Source: a bacterium (GTDB taxonomy: Bacteria; CG03). From it: 64,000 bases of DNA. The stretch lies in contig JBDRRS010000013.1 of the NCBI GenBank assembly GCA_043825615.1, forward strand, positions 68,325 to 132,324, given 5' to 3'. The notes below the pieces were generated by a model that worked only from the letters and a program-made list of their open reading frames with translations, searched no databases and was not told where the DNA came from. The position numbers and the translations under genes are program-made. Position 1 is the stretch's first letter; each line of letters starts with the position of its first letter. Shown here one piece after another: positions 27,275-37,886 of the stretch.

Positions 27275-29161
27275 ATGCCACGGAAAAATATCGTTTACGG
27301 CTTCATTGCGCTCGGTTTCGTTTTTTCAATGCTGACTCTTTCAAAAAAAATCTCGCTCGAGAACACGCTGAAAAGCGTTGAAGTCGCCTGCGACTTCGGC
27401 GATGTGCAGCAGCTTGCCGACATGTCCGGAAAAAGCCCCGAAACCGTCCTCGGCGAACTGAAAGACGCGGGAATCACAACAATCGGCATATCGGAGCAGA
27501 CGATTAAAAACTTTGAGGACGCCGGTCTCCTGACGGTTACCGGCGGGCAGGAAATTGAAAAGAACGAATACCTTTTCAACAGACAGCCTGGGTTTCTTGA
27601 ATCCAGCCAGATAAAAAACAGGCCCGAGTTCATTTACGCGTTCACTAAAAATCCATCGCTCGGGGCATTCATCAAAAAAGCGCTCTTACAGAAACTGCCC
27701 GCCAAAGCCGTGAGCGGAATATATACCGGCAGACATTACCTTGTCATCGCAACCGCCAAAATAAAAACAGCCGCGCTCATTTATCTCGGTTTCTGGGGAG
27801 AAGAAATAGAAACCGTGAAAAGAGCGGGCCTCCGCTACATCCTCCGGCCGGTTGACGACCCGTTCGTAAACGACGAGTGGCTGAAGAACCTGTTTACGGA
27901 ATGGAAAGATGACGGGCAGCTCTCGGGAGTTATAGTAAACGGCACAAAAATCCCGGGTCTCCCCGAAACGATGGCGGAAGTTCTGAAAGAACTTGAAATT
28001 CCGTTCGGTAAAGTAGAATTCGCAAAAGTAACCGGGGCAGACGAAATTATCAGGGCCGGCGGAAAAATATTTCTCTGCTTTTCGCCGAAAGGAGCGAACG
28101 ATAATACCAAAATAAACGCAATTCTCCGCAGCGCAAAAGAAAGAAATATACAACTCGTGTATCTCCATCCGAACGACGAGAGCTACGCCGCGTTTCTCTC
28201 TTTTGCGGGAAGCGTGAAAAGGACTCTGTCTGAAAATTCCTTCAAAGCCGAAAAATTCACGCCGCTGCCGGAATGGAAGGGAAATTACTATGCCTTTATT
28301 TTTATAGGTCTCGCAATTTTTATGACAACTCTGTTCCTTCTTTCGATAATCTACGAACTAAGCAGCCAGTTTAAAATCGCTTACGTCATTATTGCCGTTT
28401 TCAGCACAATCTTCTTTGTGAAACTGACTTTCTTCAGGATTTTCCTCGCCTTTCTCGCCACGATAACTTTTCCCGTGCTCGCAATTTCAAAAACGTGGAA
28501 AAGACACGCCCTGCCGCCGATGCTCCAGGCAATCCGGTTGTTCATAAATGTATCTCTCATAACATGCATCGGGGCGCTTTTTGTAACGGGCATTCTCTCT
28601 TCAACAAACTTCATGCTGAAAATAGATATCTTCCGCGGGGTAAAACTTTCGCTGGTGCTCCCGATAATTATTGCGTTCGTCCTTCTTTACGGTCGGGAAA
28701 GAAGCTATTTTTCCACAAGTCTGAACCGCCTGTGGCATAAACGGCTTGAACTGAGTCACCTTTTTGCGGGAATTACGATAGGGGTTCTCTTTATCATGAT
28801 TATTTTAAGAAGTTCAAACCAAATAAGTTTCATGCTGCCTTTCGAGCAGAGCGTAAGAAACCTGCTTGAGAAACTGTTTTTCGCAAGGCCGCGATTCAAG
28901 GAATTTCTGCTCGGGCACCCCCTGATGCTTCTTGGCCTTTACCTTTATCCGCTTGCCTCACAGGCAAAAAAAATAAAGTTCAGGCCTTTTATCATCCTCG
29001 GACTGGTCGGGCAGGTCTCTATCATAAACACATTCGCCCACATCCATTCTCCCATAACAATATGCCTTTTCAGAACTTTCAACGGTCTGATTCTTGGAAT
29101 ACTTTCCGGAATTATATTGATTTCCCTGGTAAAAGCATTTCATCTAATCAGCGCAGAGTGA
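27275..29161 (+). CDS. large polytopic membrane protein with N-terminal extracytoplasmic domain (DUF5693-like; often adjacent to csaB)
   Basis: 628 aa. Single N-terminal TM, a ~300-aa soluble domain, then ~9 TM segments. The family assignment is from memory only. Confidence 0.45.
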   Translation: MPRKNIVYGFIALGFVFSMLTLSKKISLENTLKSVEVACDFGDVQQLADMSGKSPETVLGELKDAGITTIGISEQTIKNFEDAGLLTVTGGQEIEKNEYLFNRQPGFLESSQIKNRPEFIYAFTKNPSLGAFIKKALLQKLPAKAVSGIYTGRHYLVIATAKIKTAALIYLGFWGEEIETVKRAGLRYILRPVDDPFVNDEWLKNLFTEWKDDGQLSGVIVNGTKIPGLPETMAEVLKELEIPFGKVEFAKVTGADEIIRAGGKIFLCFSPKGANDNTKINAILRSAKERNIQLVYLHPNDESYAAFLSFAGSVKRTLSENSFKAEKFTPLPEWKGNYYAFIFIGLAIFMTTLFLLSIIYELSSQFKIAYVIIAVFSTIFFVKLTFFRIFLAFLATITFPVLAISKTWKRHALPPMLQAIRLFINVSLITCIGALFVTGILSSTNFMLKIDIFRGVKLSLVLPIIIAFVLLYGRERSYFSTSLNRLWHKRLELSHLFAGITIGVLFIMIILRSSNQISFMLPFEQSVRNLLEKLFFARPRFKEFLLGHPLMLLGLYLYPLASQAKKIKFRPFIILGLVGQVSIINTFAHIHSPITICLFRTFNGLILGILSGIILISLVKAFHLISAE

Positions 29162-29210
29162 CCGGGGAAAAAACGAAAAGCGGCAAACCTCTTCTGCCCA
29201 TATTCCGCAG

Positions 29211-30173
29211 ATGGTAAAAATTTTTGCCGCCGGCTACTTCGGTTACGGAAATTTCGGCGACGAACTCATTCTAAAAATATTCAAAAAAAGAATCCCGCCT
29301 GAATTCACCGTTTCATACGTGCGAAAAATGGCCCGGCGGCCGGTTCAAACGTTTCTTTGCGTTCTGCGCGCGGACTGCCTCGTTTTTCCGGGCGGGAGCG
29401 TATTTCAGGACGAAACCTCGCTGGGCTCGGCGCTCTTTTACTGCTGCCTCGTACTGACCGCGCTGATTTTTAAAAAAAAGTTTTTCCTTCTGGACCAGGG
29501 TTTTGAAATAAAGAACCCCTTTTTGAAATATCTTTTAAGAGGCATTCTGAAAAACGCTTCAATGATAAGCGCCCGCGATGAGGCGTCCTTCCGGGCTCTG
29601 AAAAAACTCGGGCTTCACCCGCTGAGAAGCGCTGATTCCGTTTTTCAGGTTCAAGCAGGCAAAAGAAAAGTGCGGTTCCCGCCCGAAAAAATAGGAATAA
29701 TACCCCGGGGCGCTTATGAAATCTGGGAAAAAATCATTCGTCAAACAAAAGAAAGATGGCCGCGTGCTTCTTATGAAATTGCGGTAATGAGCCCCGCAGA
29801 CCTTGTTCTCGCCCGCAAAATCTCGGAGAGAAACCACATCAGGCAAACAGAAATTTTACGCATTACCGGTATAAATGAAATCACGGAAACCGCGGATTTG
29901 CTCGTCCTGGCCCCGTATCATTCGGTGGTATGCGCCGTTACGGTGGGTATTCCATTCATAGCTGTCCCTTATTCGGCGAAGATAAAAAACTTTCTGCTTG
30001 AAAATAACTTCAGGGAAAACATTTTTGCATCGGAAATCAACGATACTATTTTCAAAAAGGCGAGGGCTGCGGGGAACTCTTGCAAAATAGCCGAAGAGTC
30101 CTCTTTTCAAATCTTCCTGAATTTATTAAAACCTCTTGGAGGTTGCCGCAAACCCAAACCCTTAGCGCGATGA
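29211..30173 (+). CDS. csaB: polysaccharide pyruvyl transferase (CsaB-like)
   Basis: N-terminal 'KIFAAGYFGYGNFGDELILKIF' is the hallmark of the PS_pyruv_trans family. Confidence 0.7.
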   Translation: MVKIFAAGYFGYGNFGDELILKIFKKRIPPEFTVSYVRKMARRPVQTFLCVLRADCLVFPGGSVFQDETSLGSALFYCCLVLTALIFKKKFFLLDQGFEIKNPFLKYLLRGILKNASMISARDEASFRALKKLGLHPLRSADSVFQVQAGKRKVRFPPEKIGIIPRGAYEIWEKIIRQTKERWPRASYEIAVMSPADLVLARKISERNHIRQTEILRITGINEITETADLLVLAPYHSVVCAVTVGIPFIAVPYSAKIKNFLLENNFRENIFASEINDTIFKKARAAGNSCKIAEESSFQIFLNLLKPLGGCRKPKPLAR

Positions 30174-30769
30174 AATTACTCTTAAAAGCCCGTGATGTCT
30201 GGATAGAAGCAGAAGATAAAATCATTCTCAAGGAAGTGAACCTTGAGATTTCCGAAGGTGAGTTTTTGTGGCTTGAGGGAAAAACCGGCGCCGGAAAAAG
30301 CCGGCTTCTAAAAGTTCTGTCATTCGGGGAAAACTCTTCAAACGGCGACATCGTTTCCGTTAAAAAATTCCCCCTGTTCACAGAAAACGCAACACTCCTG
30401 CAAAATGACTCCGTAAAGGAAAACCTGAAATCAGCCGCGCCGCTGGCCGGCACTTTGGACACTTCCGAACTTCTTAATGCTCTCGGCCTTTTTGAAAAAA
30501 GAAATCAAAAAACATGCTCGCTTTCGGCAGGCGAAAAAATGCTCCTGAAACTGGCGACTTTTCTTATTCTAGAAACCGAACTGGTTTTTTTAGACGAACC
30601 CTTCGGGCGCATGGACGCGGAAACGAAACTTCAGGCGTTCAAAACAATCCTTGAAAAAAACAGAAAAAATACGGCGGTCCTCATCGCAAGCACCTTTCCC
30701 TGCCCGGAGGACTCCCCCGTAAAGACAAGGAAACTTACCCTGAAAGATGGAAAACTATACGAAAAATAA
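30170..30769 (+). CDS. ftsE: FtsE-like ABC ATPase with degenerate signature motif
   Basis: From the ATG at 30170 (ATGA overlap with csaB). Walker A 'GKTGAGKS', signature 'LSAGE' rather than LSGGQ, Walker B 'LVFLDEP'. Confidence 0.65.
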   Translation: MKLLLKARDVWIEAEDKIILKEVNLEISEGEFLWLEGKTGAGKSRLLKVLSFGENSSNGDIVSVKKFPLFTENATLLQNDSVKENLKSAAPLAGTLDTSELLNALGLFEKRNQKTCSLSAGEKMLLKLATFLILETELVFLDEPFGRMDAETKLQAFKTILEKNRKNTAVLIASTFPCPEDSPVKTRKLTLKDGKLYEK

Positions 30770-31538
30770 TTTCGGGATTCTTATCCTGAATTTTATTTTC
30801 TCCTTTTCAATTGTCTGCGCGTTTTTTCTGGACGTCAACTTAACGGCGTATAAAAAAAATCTCGCGGAAAAAATTTTCATCGCGGCTTTCGCCGAAAATA
30901 CGAAGGACTCTGCTACAGCCGCCGGACAAATCCGGAAAATAAAAGGCGTGCGCAACGTTCAGGTTGAGGCCCCCGAAGAAACAATGGCAAAACTCTACAA
31001 TGTCCTTAAGAAAAAGGAACTCCTGCCGGAACTCCCCTTAATGTCCGTTCCTGTTGTAATCAGAGTGCATCCGGAAAAAGCGGATTTCGGTCTGTTCAAA
31101 AAAATTGCCGCCGAAATCGCGCAAATTCGCGAAGTGAAACATTCGGACGACGGCGGAACCAGCGTCAAAAACATTTTCATTTTCATCGGGAAAATCAAAA
31201 AATTAAACCGGCTAATCAACATTATGCTCCTGTTTATTTGTCTGACTTCGGGTATATTTGTGAGATTCGGGCTTAAAAAAAATGACGAGAGATTTCTCTT
31301 TTTAACCGAACGAAATCTGGGTAAAAAGGAAATTTACCGGCGGCACATTTCAACGCTTGTCCTGATTCCTCTCATTGCGGCGGCGCTGGCAGTTCTGCTG
31401 TTCGTTTTACTCTGGCAGACGGCCGGAAACGGAGAATTCTTGTTTCCCGAACCCGTCCAAATTTTTTTCGTGTATCTTCTTTCAAATATCCCTGTTCTTT
31501 CTCTGCTCATCCCGCAAGGGGATGCTTCGCTATGGTGA
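30747..31538 (+). CDS. ftsX: FtsX-like permease
   Basis: 263 aa. N-terminal TM, an extracellular domain 'KIKGVRNVQVEAPEETMAKLYNV', then three C-terminal TMs, downstream of ftsE. Confidence 0.6.
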   Translation: MENYTKNNFGILILNFIFSFSIVCAFFLDVNLTAYKKNLAEKIFIAAFAENTKDSATAAGQIRKIKGVRNVQVEAPEETMAKLYNVLKKKELLPELPLMSVPVVIRVHPEKADFGLFKKIAAEIAQIREVKHSDDGGTSVKNIFIFIGKIKKLNRLINIMLLFICLTSGIFVRFGLKKNDERFLFLTERNLGKKEIYRRHISTLVLIPLIAAALAVLLFVLLWQTAGNGEFLFPEPVQIFFVYLLSNIPVLSLLIPQGDASLW

Positions 31539-31539
31539 A

Positions 31540-32712
31540 ATGAAAGGCGCCTGCGGGTTCCTTGCAGCAATTTTTCTTCTCCATTGCCCGCATCTCTACG
31601 CCTCAAAGATTGATGCGGAAATACAGAAAATCGATGCGGACATTGAAGAAAGCAACAGGACATTTTACAACCTGAAAGAGGAAATTGAAAAAATCTCGGA
31701 AAAACTTGACGCGCTCTCAAAAAAAAAGGAATTGACTTCCTCAAAAATCAACTCCATTTCAAACCAGATGAGCAAACTCACACAAAAGATTCGTTCCCTC
31801 GACGCCGAATATAAAAACCACAAAAAAAAACTCCAGGACATTACGAATGCCCGCTTAAAAACGGAAAAGCAGCATTTGAACGCCCTGACATTTCTGACGG
31901 AAAACAGAAAACAATCCGTCCTCCTGAAAGCGCGCGAAAAAAAATATATGGAACTTTTTCTGGTTGACTACAAAAGCTCGTTCAGGTTTCGCATAAACGA
32001 GTTCCTCTTGGAGGATCTGCTTGAAAAGGTCTCTGTTTTTTCGGACGGCTGCAGGCAAAAAATACTGGGTCTTGAAGAGAAATTATCCGCTGTTGAAAAA
32101 ACATTAGCCGATCTCGAAATAATGCTTGAAGACATATCTTATAAAGTTTCCACAAACAAGAAACTGCGGAAAAACTACGCAAAAACACTGGAAGAAATGC
32201 AAAGTGAAGAGGGTAAACTGCAGAAAGACCTCCAGATAAAAGAAAAAGATAAAGATAAAATGGACCGTATGATAGAAAAATTTATGAAGAAAAAAAAGGA
32301 TCTTCTCGCCGAAAAGGAAAAGCAGAAGGAATTTTCCGAAATCAAGGGTTTGCTGCCCTATCCCGTAAAAGGACACATTATCAGCCATTTCGGAAAAAAG
32401 AAACATCCTGCTCTCCAGACATACATAATAAACAGGGGGATAAAAATAGAAAGTTCTACAGACACGGTCAGAGCCGTCAAGGAAGGAACAACTTCATTCG
32501 CCGGGCCCTTCAAGGGTTACGGAAAAACTGTTATCATAGACCATGGCGGGGGCTTTTACACAGTGACAGCAGGGTTGTCCGAACTCCTCATAAATGAAGA
32601 GGTTGCTGTTCGCCAGGGAGAGCCCGTGGGGAAATGCCGCATCGGAAACGAAATTTATTTTGAAATAAGAGAGGACGGCATTCCCGTCGACCCCGTGCTG
32701 TGGCTGGAATAG
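31540..32712 (+). CDS. envC: EnvC-like murein hydrolase activator (coiled coil + M23/LytM domain)
   Basis: Signal peptide from the ATG at 31540, a long coiled coil, and a C-terminal LytM-like block 'VIIDHGGGFYTVTAGLSEL...GEPVG'. Confidence 0.7.
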   Translation: MKGACGFLAAIFLLHCPHLYASKIDAEIQKIDADIEESNRTFYNLKEEIEKISEKLDALSKKKELTSSKINSISNQMSKLTQKIRSLDAEYKNHKKKLQDITNARLKTEKQHLNALTFLTENRKQSVLLKAREKKYMELFLVDYKSSFRFRINEFLLEDLLEKVSVFSDGCRQKILGLEEKLSAVEKTLADLEIMLEDISYKVSTNKKLRKNYAKTLEEMQSEEGKLQKDLQIKEKDKDKMDRMIEKFMKKKKDLLAEKEKQKEFSEIKGLLPYPVKGHIISHFGKKKHPALQTYIINRGIKIESSTDTVRAVKEGTTSFAGPFKGYGKTVIIDHGGGFYTVTAGLSELLINEEVAVRQGEPVGKCRIGNEIYFEIREDGIPVDPVLWLE

Positions 32713-32741
32713 AACTTAATGAATTTAGAAGAGGGGGAAAA

Positions 32742-33965
32742 ATGAAAAAAATTCTGTTAATTTTAGGCATTGCGTTTATGCTGAATCCCGCGCGCGGGGC
32801 GGCAAGAACCGAATACGAGGAAATGAAACTCTTTAACGATGTTCTCTCGCAGATAGAAGCAAATTATGTTGAAGAGAAAAAAATTCCGGAACTGGTTGAA
32901 GGCGCCATTATCGGGATGGTAAAAACACTGGACCCGTATTCGCAGTATCTGACACCCGAGGCGGCGCAGCTTATGAAAAGCGAAACAAAAGGAGAATTCG
33001 GCGGTCTGGGCATCAAAATTACAGTCAGGGATAAATACCTCACGATAATTACGCCGATGCCGGGAACGCCGGCTTTCAGAGCAGGTCTTCTGCCCGAAGA
33101 TAAAATAATAAAAATTGAGGGGGAAAGCACGGAAAGTATCACTGTCATGGACGCCGTAAAAAAACTGAGAGGCAAGCCCGGAACAAAGGTTACAATTACA
33201 ATTGCAAGGGATGACGAAACAAAAGACGTAACAATTGTGCGGGCAAATATAAAAATTGAAAGCGTGCCGAAAAAACAGTCAAAAATGCTTGAATACAGCA
33301 TCGGATACATCAGAGTCACCGAATTCAACGAAAAAACACCCAATGATTTTCTGAAAGAGTACGCGGAACTGGAAAACGGCGGAATGATGGCGCTGATTAT
33401 CGATTTAAGAAATAACCCGGGAGGTCTTTTAAAATCCGCGGTCGCGGTTGCCGAACATTTTCTTGAAAAAGACCAGCTCATCGTTTACACCAAGGGAAGG
33501 CAGAAGGATACTAATTTCAAATTCCTCGCCAAAAAAAATCTCCACAAAAAAATCCCTCTCGTAATATTGATTAACAACGGCTCCGCTTCCGGAAGCGAGA
33601 TTGTTGCCGGAGCCATAAAGGACCTGGGGAAAGGCATACTCCTCGGAGAAAAAACATTCGGGAAAGGTTCCGTCCAGAGCCTCATAGACATTTCCGGCGG
33701 GTCGCAGCTGCGCCTTACAACGGCAAAATATTACACGCCGAACGGAATCTGTATTCATGAAGAAGGAATTGTGCCCGATATAGAGGTAAAAATTTCACGC
33801 GAAGACAAGATAAAACTGATGCAGCAGGAAGAGGAGATTTACGGGCTGTCGCCCGAGGAAAAGGAAAAGAAGGAAAAAGAAAAAATAAAGGACGCTCAGC
33901 TTGAAAGAGCGCGTGAAATACTGTTTGCAGAACTGAAGTTTTCCGGGAAACTGTCCGCAAAATAA
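32742..33965 (+). CDS. ctpA: carboxy-terminal processing protease (S41)
   Basis: Signal peptide, a PDZ region 'GGLGIKITVRD..TPMPGTPAFRAGLLPEDKIIKIEG', and the S41 core 'RNNPGGLL...GSASGSEIVAGA'. Confidence 0.85.
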   Translation: MKKILLILGIAFMLNPARGAARTEYEEMKLFNDVLSQIEANYVEEKKIPELVEGAIIGMVKTLDPYSQYLTPEAAQLMKSETKGEFGGLGIKITVRDKYLTIITPMPGTPAFRAGLLPEDKIIKIEGESTESITVMDAVKKLRGKPGTKVTITIARDDETKDVTIVRANIKIESVPKKQSKMLEYSIGYIRVTEFNEKTPNDFLKEYAELENGGMMALIIDLRNNPGGLLKSAVAVAEHFLEKDQLIVYTKGRQKDTNFKFLAKKNLHKKIPLVILINNGSASGSEIVAGAIKDLGKGILLGEKTFGKGSVQSLIDISGGSQLRLTTAKYYTPNGICIHEEGIVPDIEVKISREDKIKLMQQEEEIYGLSPEEKEKKEKEKIKDAQLERAREILFAELKFSGKLSAK

Positions 33966-33983
33966 AGTGCCTCCCGCCTCTGC

Positions 33984-35084
33984 ATGAGAAAAATTTGTGC
34001 CCGTAAGGGTAAAAGAACAAAGAAAAAAAAACAGCCGGCCGTCTGGCTTATAATTTTTGCCGTGCTGGCGGCAGCATTTATTTACCACCTCCGAAAAAGA
34101 GCCGTGGATTACACCCGGGAATGCCTTCGGGCCGAACAGGATATCGGGCTTGTCCTGCTCAATCTTAAAGTCCCCGAAAAAAGCATTTCAACATGGCGAA
34201 TTGAAAAAAGGAAAAACGGGAAGAAATGGATTGAAATAAACAAGAAAATCAAAATGCCGGGTGATAAGTGGGAAACTTTCTTCTCCCGTCTGGAAAATTT
34301 ATCTGCGGGGCTTCTAAAAAAAACCGGAGACAACACAATTTACCTTGTAAAAAACGGAATTGTCCTGTGCAGAATTACCCTTGAGGACCTGAAGCGCAAG
34401 CCGCGCCTCACCTTCGTAATCGACGACTGCGGAAGGAGCAAAAAGGAAATCGCGCTCTTCACCGAACTCGGAATTCCGCTCACTTTTTCCATACTGCCCT
34501 ACCAGAGGCACACAGCCATGCTTGCCGAATCGCTCGCAAGAGCCGGGTTTGAAACCCTCCTTCACCTCCCGATGGAACCCCGTGAACCCGACCGGCTTTC
34601 GCTCGGGAAAGACGCCCTGTTCGTAAAAATGAATAAAAATGAAATTGAAAAAGTCCTGGAAAAAAATATTGAGAAGGTTCCCTTCATCAAGGGAGTAAAC
34701 AATCACATGGGCTCTCTTTTTACCGAAAATGCGGAAAAAATGGAAATTGTTCTGCGGTTTCTCAAAGGGAGAGGCCTCTTTTTTCTTGATTCCGCCACTT
34801 CTTCAAAAAGCGCGTGTCTCAAAACAGCAGAAAAAGCGGGAATCTACTGCCTGAGAAATAACATATTCCTGGACAACACCGACGACCTGAAAAAAATAAA
34901 AAAGCAAATAGCGCAGGCAATTAAAATCGCCGAAAAAAAAGGCTACGCCATAGCCATCGGACACGCCACGAGAAAATACACCGCGCGGGCTATCGGGGAA
35001 ATGGGGCATGAACTTTCGGGCGTTGAGATTGTTTCGCTGGACTCCGAGTCAAAGGAAATTAAAAATGCTCGTAATGGGAATTGA
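33984..35084 (+). CDS. yibQ: divergent polysaccharide deacetylase (YibQ family)
   Basis: 'LTFVIDDCGRS', 'GIPLTFSILP' and 'NNHMGS' motifs of the YibQ/DUF610 family. N-terminal TM. Confidence 0.7.
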   Translation: MRKICARKGKRTKKKKQPAVWLIIFAVLAAAFIYHLRKRAVDYTRECLRAEQDIGLVLLNLKVPEKSISTWRIEKRKNGKKWIEINKKIKMPGDKWETFFSRLENLSAGLLKKTGDNTIYLVKNGIVLCRITLEDLKRKPRLTFVIDDCGRSKKEIALFTELGIPLTFSILPYQRHTAMLAESLARAGFETLLHLPMEPREPDRLSLGKDALFVKMNKNEIEKVLEKNIEKVPFIKGVNNHMGSLFTENAEKMEIVLRFLKGRGLFFLDSATSSKSACLKTAEKAGIYCLRNNIFLDNTDDLKKIKKQIAQAIKIAEKKGYAIAIGHATRKYTARAIGEMGHELSGVEIVSLDSESKEIKNARNGN

Positions 35085-36036
35085 AACATCCTGCGACGAG
35101 ACGGCGGTCGCAGTGGTAAAAGACGGGAAAAAAATATTTTCCAATGTCGTCCTTACGCAGATTCCGTATCACAGGAAGTTCGGCGGTGTCGTTCCGGAAA
35201 TCGCATCCAGAAAACACCTGGAGGCGATAAATTCCGTGATTGAGGAAGCAAGTTTCCGGTCGGGGATTGAAATGCCGCACATTGACAGATTCGCCGTGAC
35301 GGTGGGCCCGGGTCTTGCGGGTTCTTTGATTGTCGGAATTGTCGCCGCGCGCACGCTCGGTAAAATTTTCAAAAAACCCGTCTTCGGGGTTAATCACATC
35401 CTCGCCCACCTTTCTGTGAATTTTCTCTTTCATGAAACCGGGCCGCCTTATATCGGCCTCGTGGCGTCTGGAGGTCACTGCGATTTAATCCATTCAAAAT
35501 CGCACAACGAATTTGAGCGGCTTTCCCGCACGAGAGACGACGCGCCCGGAGAAACATTTGATAAAATAGCAAAAATGCTTAAACTCCCCTATCCCGGCGG
35601 GGCGGAAGTGGAAAAAGTTGCGCGGGACGGGGACCCGGATTCTTTTGTGTTTCCGACGCCAAAATTTAAAGACGGGTCAAATGACTTTTCCTTTTCGGGC
35701 ATAAAGACCTTTGTGAAAAACCAGATAGCCAAAACACCCGACAACAGAATACCCGACCTGCTTGCCTCATTTCAGAAAAGCGTCGCCGGCATCTTTGCGG
35801 ACAAAATTGAGTCGGCTGCAAAAGAGAAAAACTGTCTGAGGATTTTACTGGCGGGCGGCGTTATGGCGAACGGTTATATCGTTTCTTTCCTTGAGGAGGA
35901 ATGCGCCAGACATTCCCTGCAGCTTTTCTGCGCAGCGCCGGAATTCTGCACGGACAACGCCTGTATGGTCGCGGGCAGAGGATATTTTCAGGAAGAATCG
36001 CTTCCTCTCACACCGAGGCCCGACTTAACAATATGA
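35065..36036 (+). CDS. tsaD: tRNA N6-adenosine threonylcarbamoyltransferase TsaD (Kae1/Gcp)
   Basis: 'MLVMGIETSCDETAVAVV' plus 'HILAH', 'VASGGHC' and 'DNACMV' motifs. Starts inside the yibQ 3' end. Confidence 0.85.
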   Translation: MLVMGIETSCDETAVAVVKDGKKIFSNVVLTQIPYHRKFGGVVPEIASRKHLEAINSVIEEASFRSGIEMPHIDRFAVTVGPGLAGSLIVGIVAARTLGKIFKKPVFGVNHILAHLSVNFLFHETGPPYIGLVASGGHCDLIHSKSHNEFERLSRTRDDAPGETFDKIAKMLKLPYPGGAEVEKVARDGDPDSFVFPTPKFKDGSNDFSFSGIKTFVKNQIAKTPDNRIPDLLASFQKSVAGIFADKIESAAKEKNCLRILLAGGVMANGYIVSFLEEECARHSLQLFCAAPEFCTDNACMVAGRGYFQEESLPLTPRPDLTI

Positions 36037-36749
36037 CCACGACCGTAATCCTCGCCGCCGGGCGTAGCGTCAGGATGAAATCGCCCACTCCGAAGGTTTT
36101 GCACAAGGTTTGCGGAACGCCTATCATAGACAGAATAGTAAACGCGGTGTCGCCTTTTTCAAAAAAACTGATTTTTGTCGTCAACAGCAAAAAAGTAATA
36201 CAATATCTTAAAAAATACAAAACCGGCAAACTTGTTTTTCAGAAAAATCTCCTCGGCACCGCAAATGCTCTCCTTCAAACGGAAAAACAGCTCGGTAAAA
36301 GAAAATGCAGAATTCTCGTTCTGCCGGGCGACGTGCCGTTACTGTCAAAAGCTGTCGTCGAGAAATTTATTCTTTTCCATGAAAAGACCGGGAATGACAT
36401 AAGTATCCTGACGGCAAACCTGCGGAACCCGACCGGATACGGAAGGATTATAAAAAAAGACGGCTTTGTCTCGGAAATACGCGAAGAACTTGACGCGACG
36501 GAAAAGGAAAAAAGAATAAGAACCGTAAACGGAGGAATTTATATTTTCCCCGTCCCTGAAATCTTCGCCCTGCTTAAAAAAGTAAAACTGAACCCGCGTA
36601 AGAAGGAATATTATCTGACCGACGTCATAAAAATCGCAGACGGCATCGGGATGAAAACAGGGGCTATGACTCTGCGGGACGGAACATTTCTGCTCGGCGT
36701 GAACACGGCGGAAGACCTGAAAAGAATAAACCTGAAAGTTAAATCTTGA
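36033..36749 (+). CDS. sugar-phosphate nucleotidyltransferase (GlmU N-terminal-domain-like, no acetyltransferase domain)
   Basis: 'VILAAGRSVRMKSPTPKVLHKVCGTPII' is the G-rich NTP_transferase motif. 238 aa. ATGA overlap with tsaD. Confidence 0.6.
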   Translation: MTTTVILAAGRSVRMKSPTPKVLHKVCGTPIIDRIVNAVSPFSKKLIFVVNSKKVIQYLKKYKTGKLVFQKNLLGTANALLQTEKQLGKRKCRILVLPGDVPLLSKAVVEKFILFHEKTGNDISILTANLRNPTGYGRIIKKDGFVSEIREELDATEKEKRIRTVNGGIYIFPVPEIFALLKKVKLNPRKKEYYLTDVIKIADGIGMKTGAMTLRDGTFLLGVNTAEDLKRINLKVKS

Positions 36750-36765
36750 ATACGGAGGAAGTAAA

Positions 36766-37701
36766 ATGAAAAATCTTTGCGTTTTTTCGGGAGGTTCTAA
36801 TCCCCTCCTGACGAAGGAAATCTGCAGAACTCTAAAAACCAGGGCGGGGCAGATTTCAATCTCGACTTTCGCGGACGGGGAATGCAACATAAAAATTTCT
36901 ACAAACGTCCGCGGGAAGGACGTCTTTGTCGTTCAGGGGACCTGCCCGCCGGTAAACGAGAATTTGATGGAACTGCTGACCATCGTTGACGCCCTGAAAC
37001 GGGCTTCCGCCAGAAGAATCACGGCCGTGATGCCTTATTACGGTTATGCAAGACAGGACAGAAAAACGGAGGCGCGCGTTCCCATAACCGCGAAACTGGT
37101 CGCGAATCTTCTCGCGGCCGCAGGCGTAAACAGAGTTCTCACCCTTGAACTGCACGCAGGTCAGATTCAGGGCTTCTTTGACATTCCTGTTGATAACCTC
37201 TCCCCGACAGGCGTTTTCGTCGAAAAACTGAAAAAAATGAATCTGGGAAAAACCGTTGTCGTTTCACCGGATGCCGGAGGAGTGGACAGGGCAAGGTCTC
37301 TCGCGAAATACATCGGCTCAAGTCTGGCAATGGTCGATAAAAGACGCTCCACTCCCAACAAAGCCAAAATTCTCAACATCATCGGGAATGTGAAAAACAA
37401 AACCTGCCTCATATTTGACGACCTTATAGACACCGCCGGAACAGCGGCAGGCGTAGCGGTGGCTCTGAAAAAACACGGGGCAAAAAAAATCTATCTCCTC
37501 GGATGCCACCCCGTCCTGTCAGGCCCGGCGGCGGGCATTCTGCAAAAAGCCCCCCTGGAAAAAGTTATTGTTACAAATTCAATCCCGCTCAAGAGGAAAT
37601 CAAAAAAGTTTCTCGTTCTTTCCATCGGGAAGCTGTTCGCTCAGGCAATATATAGAATCCACAATGAAACCTCAATCTCCGGTTTATTTAAACTGAAATA
37701 G
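36766..37701 (+). CDS. prs: ribose-phosphate pyrophosphokinase
   Basis: 311 aa. 'RQDRK' and the PRPP-binding motif 'LIFDDLIDTAGT'. Confidence 0.9.
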   Translation: MKNLCVFSGGSNPLLTKEICRTLKTRAGQISISTFADGECNIKISTNVRGKDVFVVQGTCPPVNENLMELLTIVDALKRASARRITAVMPYYGYARQDRKTEARVPITAKLVANLLAAAGVNRVLTLELHAGQIQGFFDIPVDNLSPTGVFVEKLKKMNLGKTVVVSPDAGGVDRARSLAKYIGSSLAMVDKRRSTPNKAKILNIIGNVKNKTCLIFDDLIDTAGTAAGVAVALKKHGAKKIYLLGCHPVLSGPAAGILQKAPLEKVIVTNSIPLKRKSKKFLVLSIGKLFAQAIYRIHNETSISGLFKLK

Positions 37702-37886
37702 TTTTTTTGATTCTCAGCGGGACAGAATAGCCCTCATTTTGTTCGTCTTTATTTTTCCCTGTAATGGGCCATAAAAACCGCCGCGAAAATTGGTATAAAG
37801 ATTCTCAGGCAGCAAATTATATCTACACAAAATCACCTGCCTGGCGAAGCGGCGACACCGCGTGGAAGGTCAGTCGGATTGGCTTG

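Noticed and set aside
37702-37886. tRNA or tmRNA attachment site at the island border next to prs
   Set aside because: No cloverleaf or tRNA 3'-end-like sequence could be folded here. No direct repeat matching the other island border (44540..44670) was found by eye. Not demonstrated.
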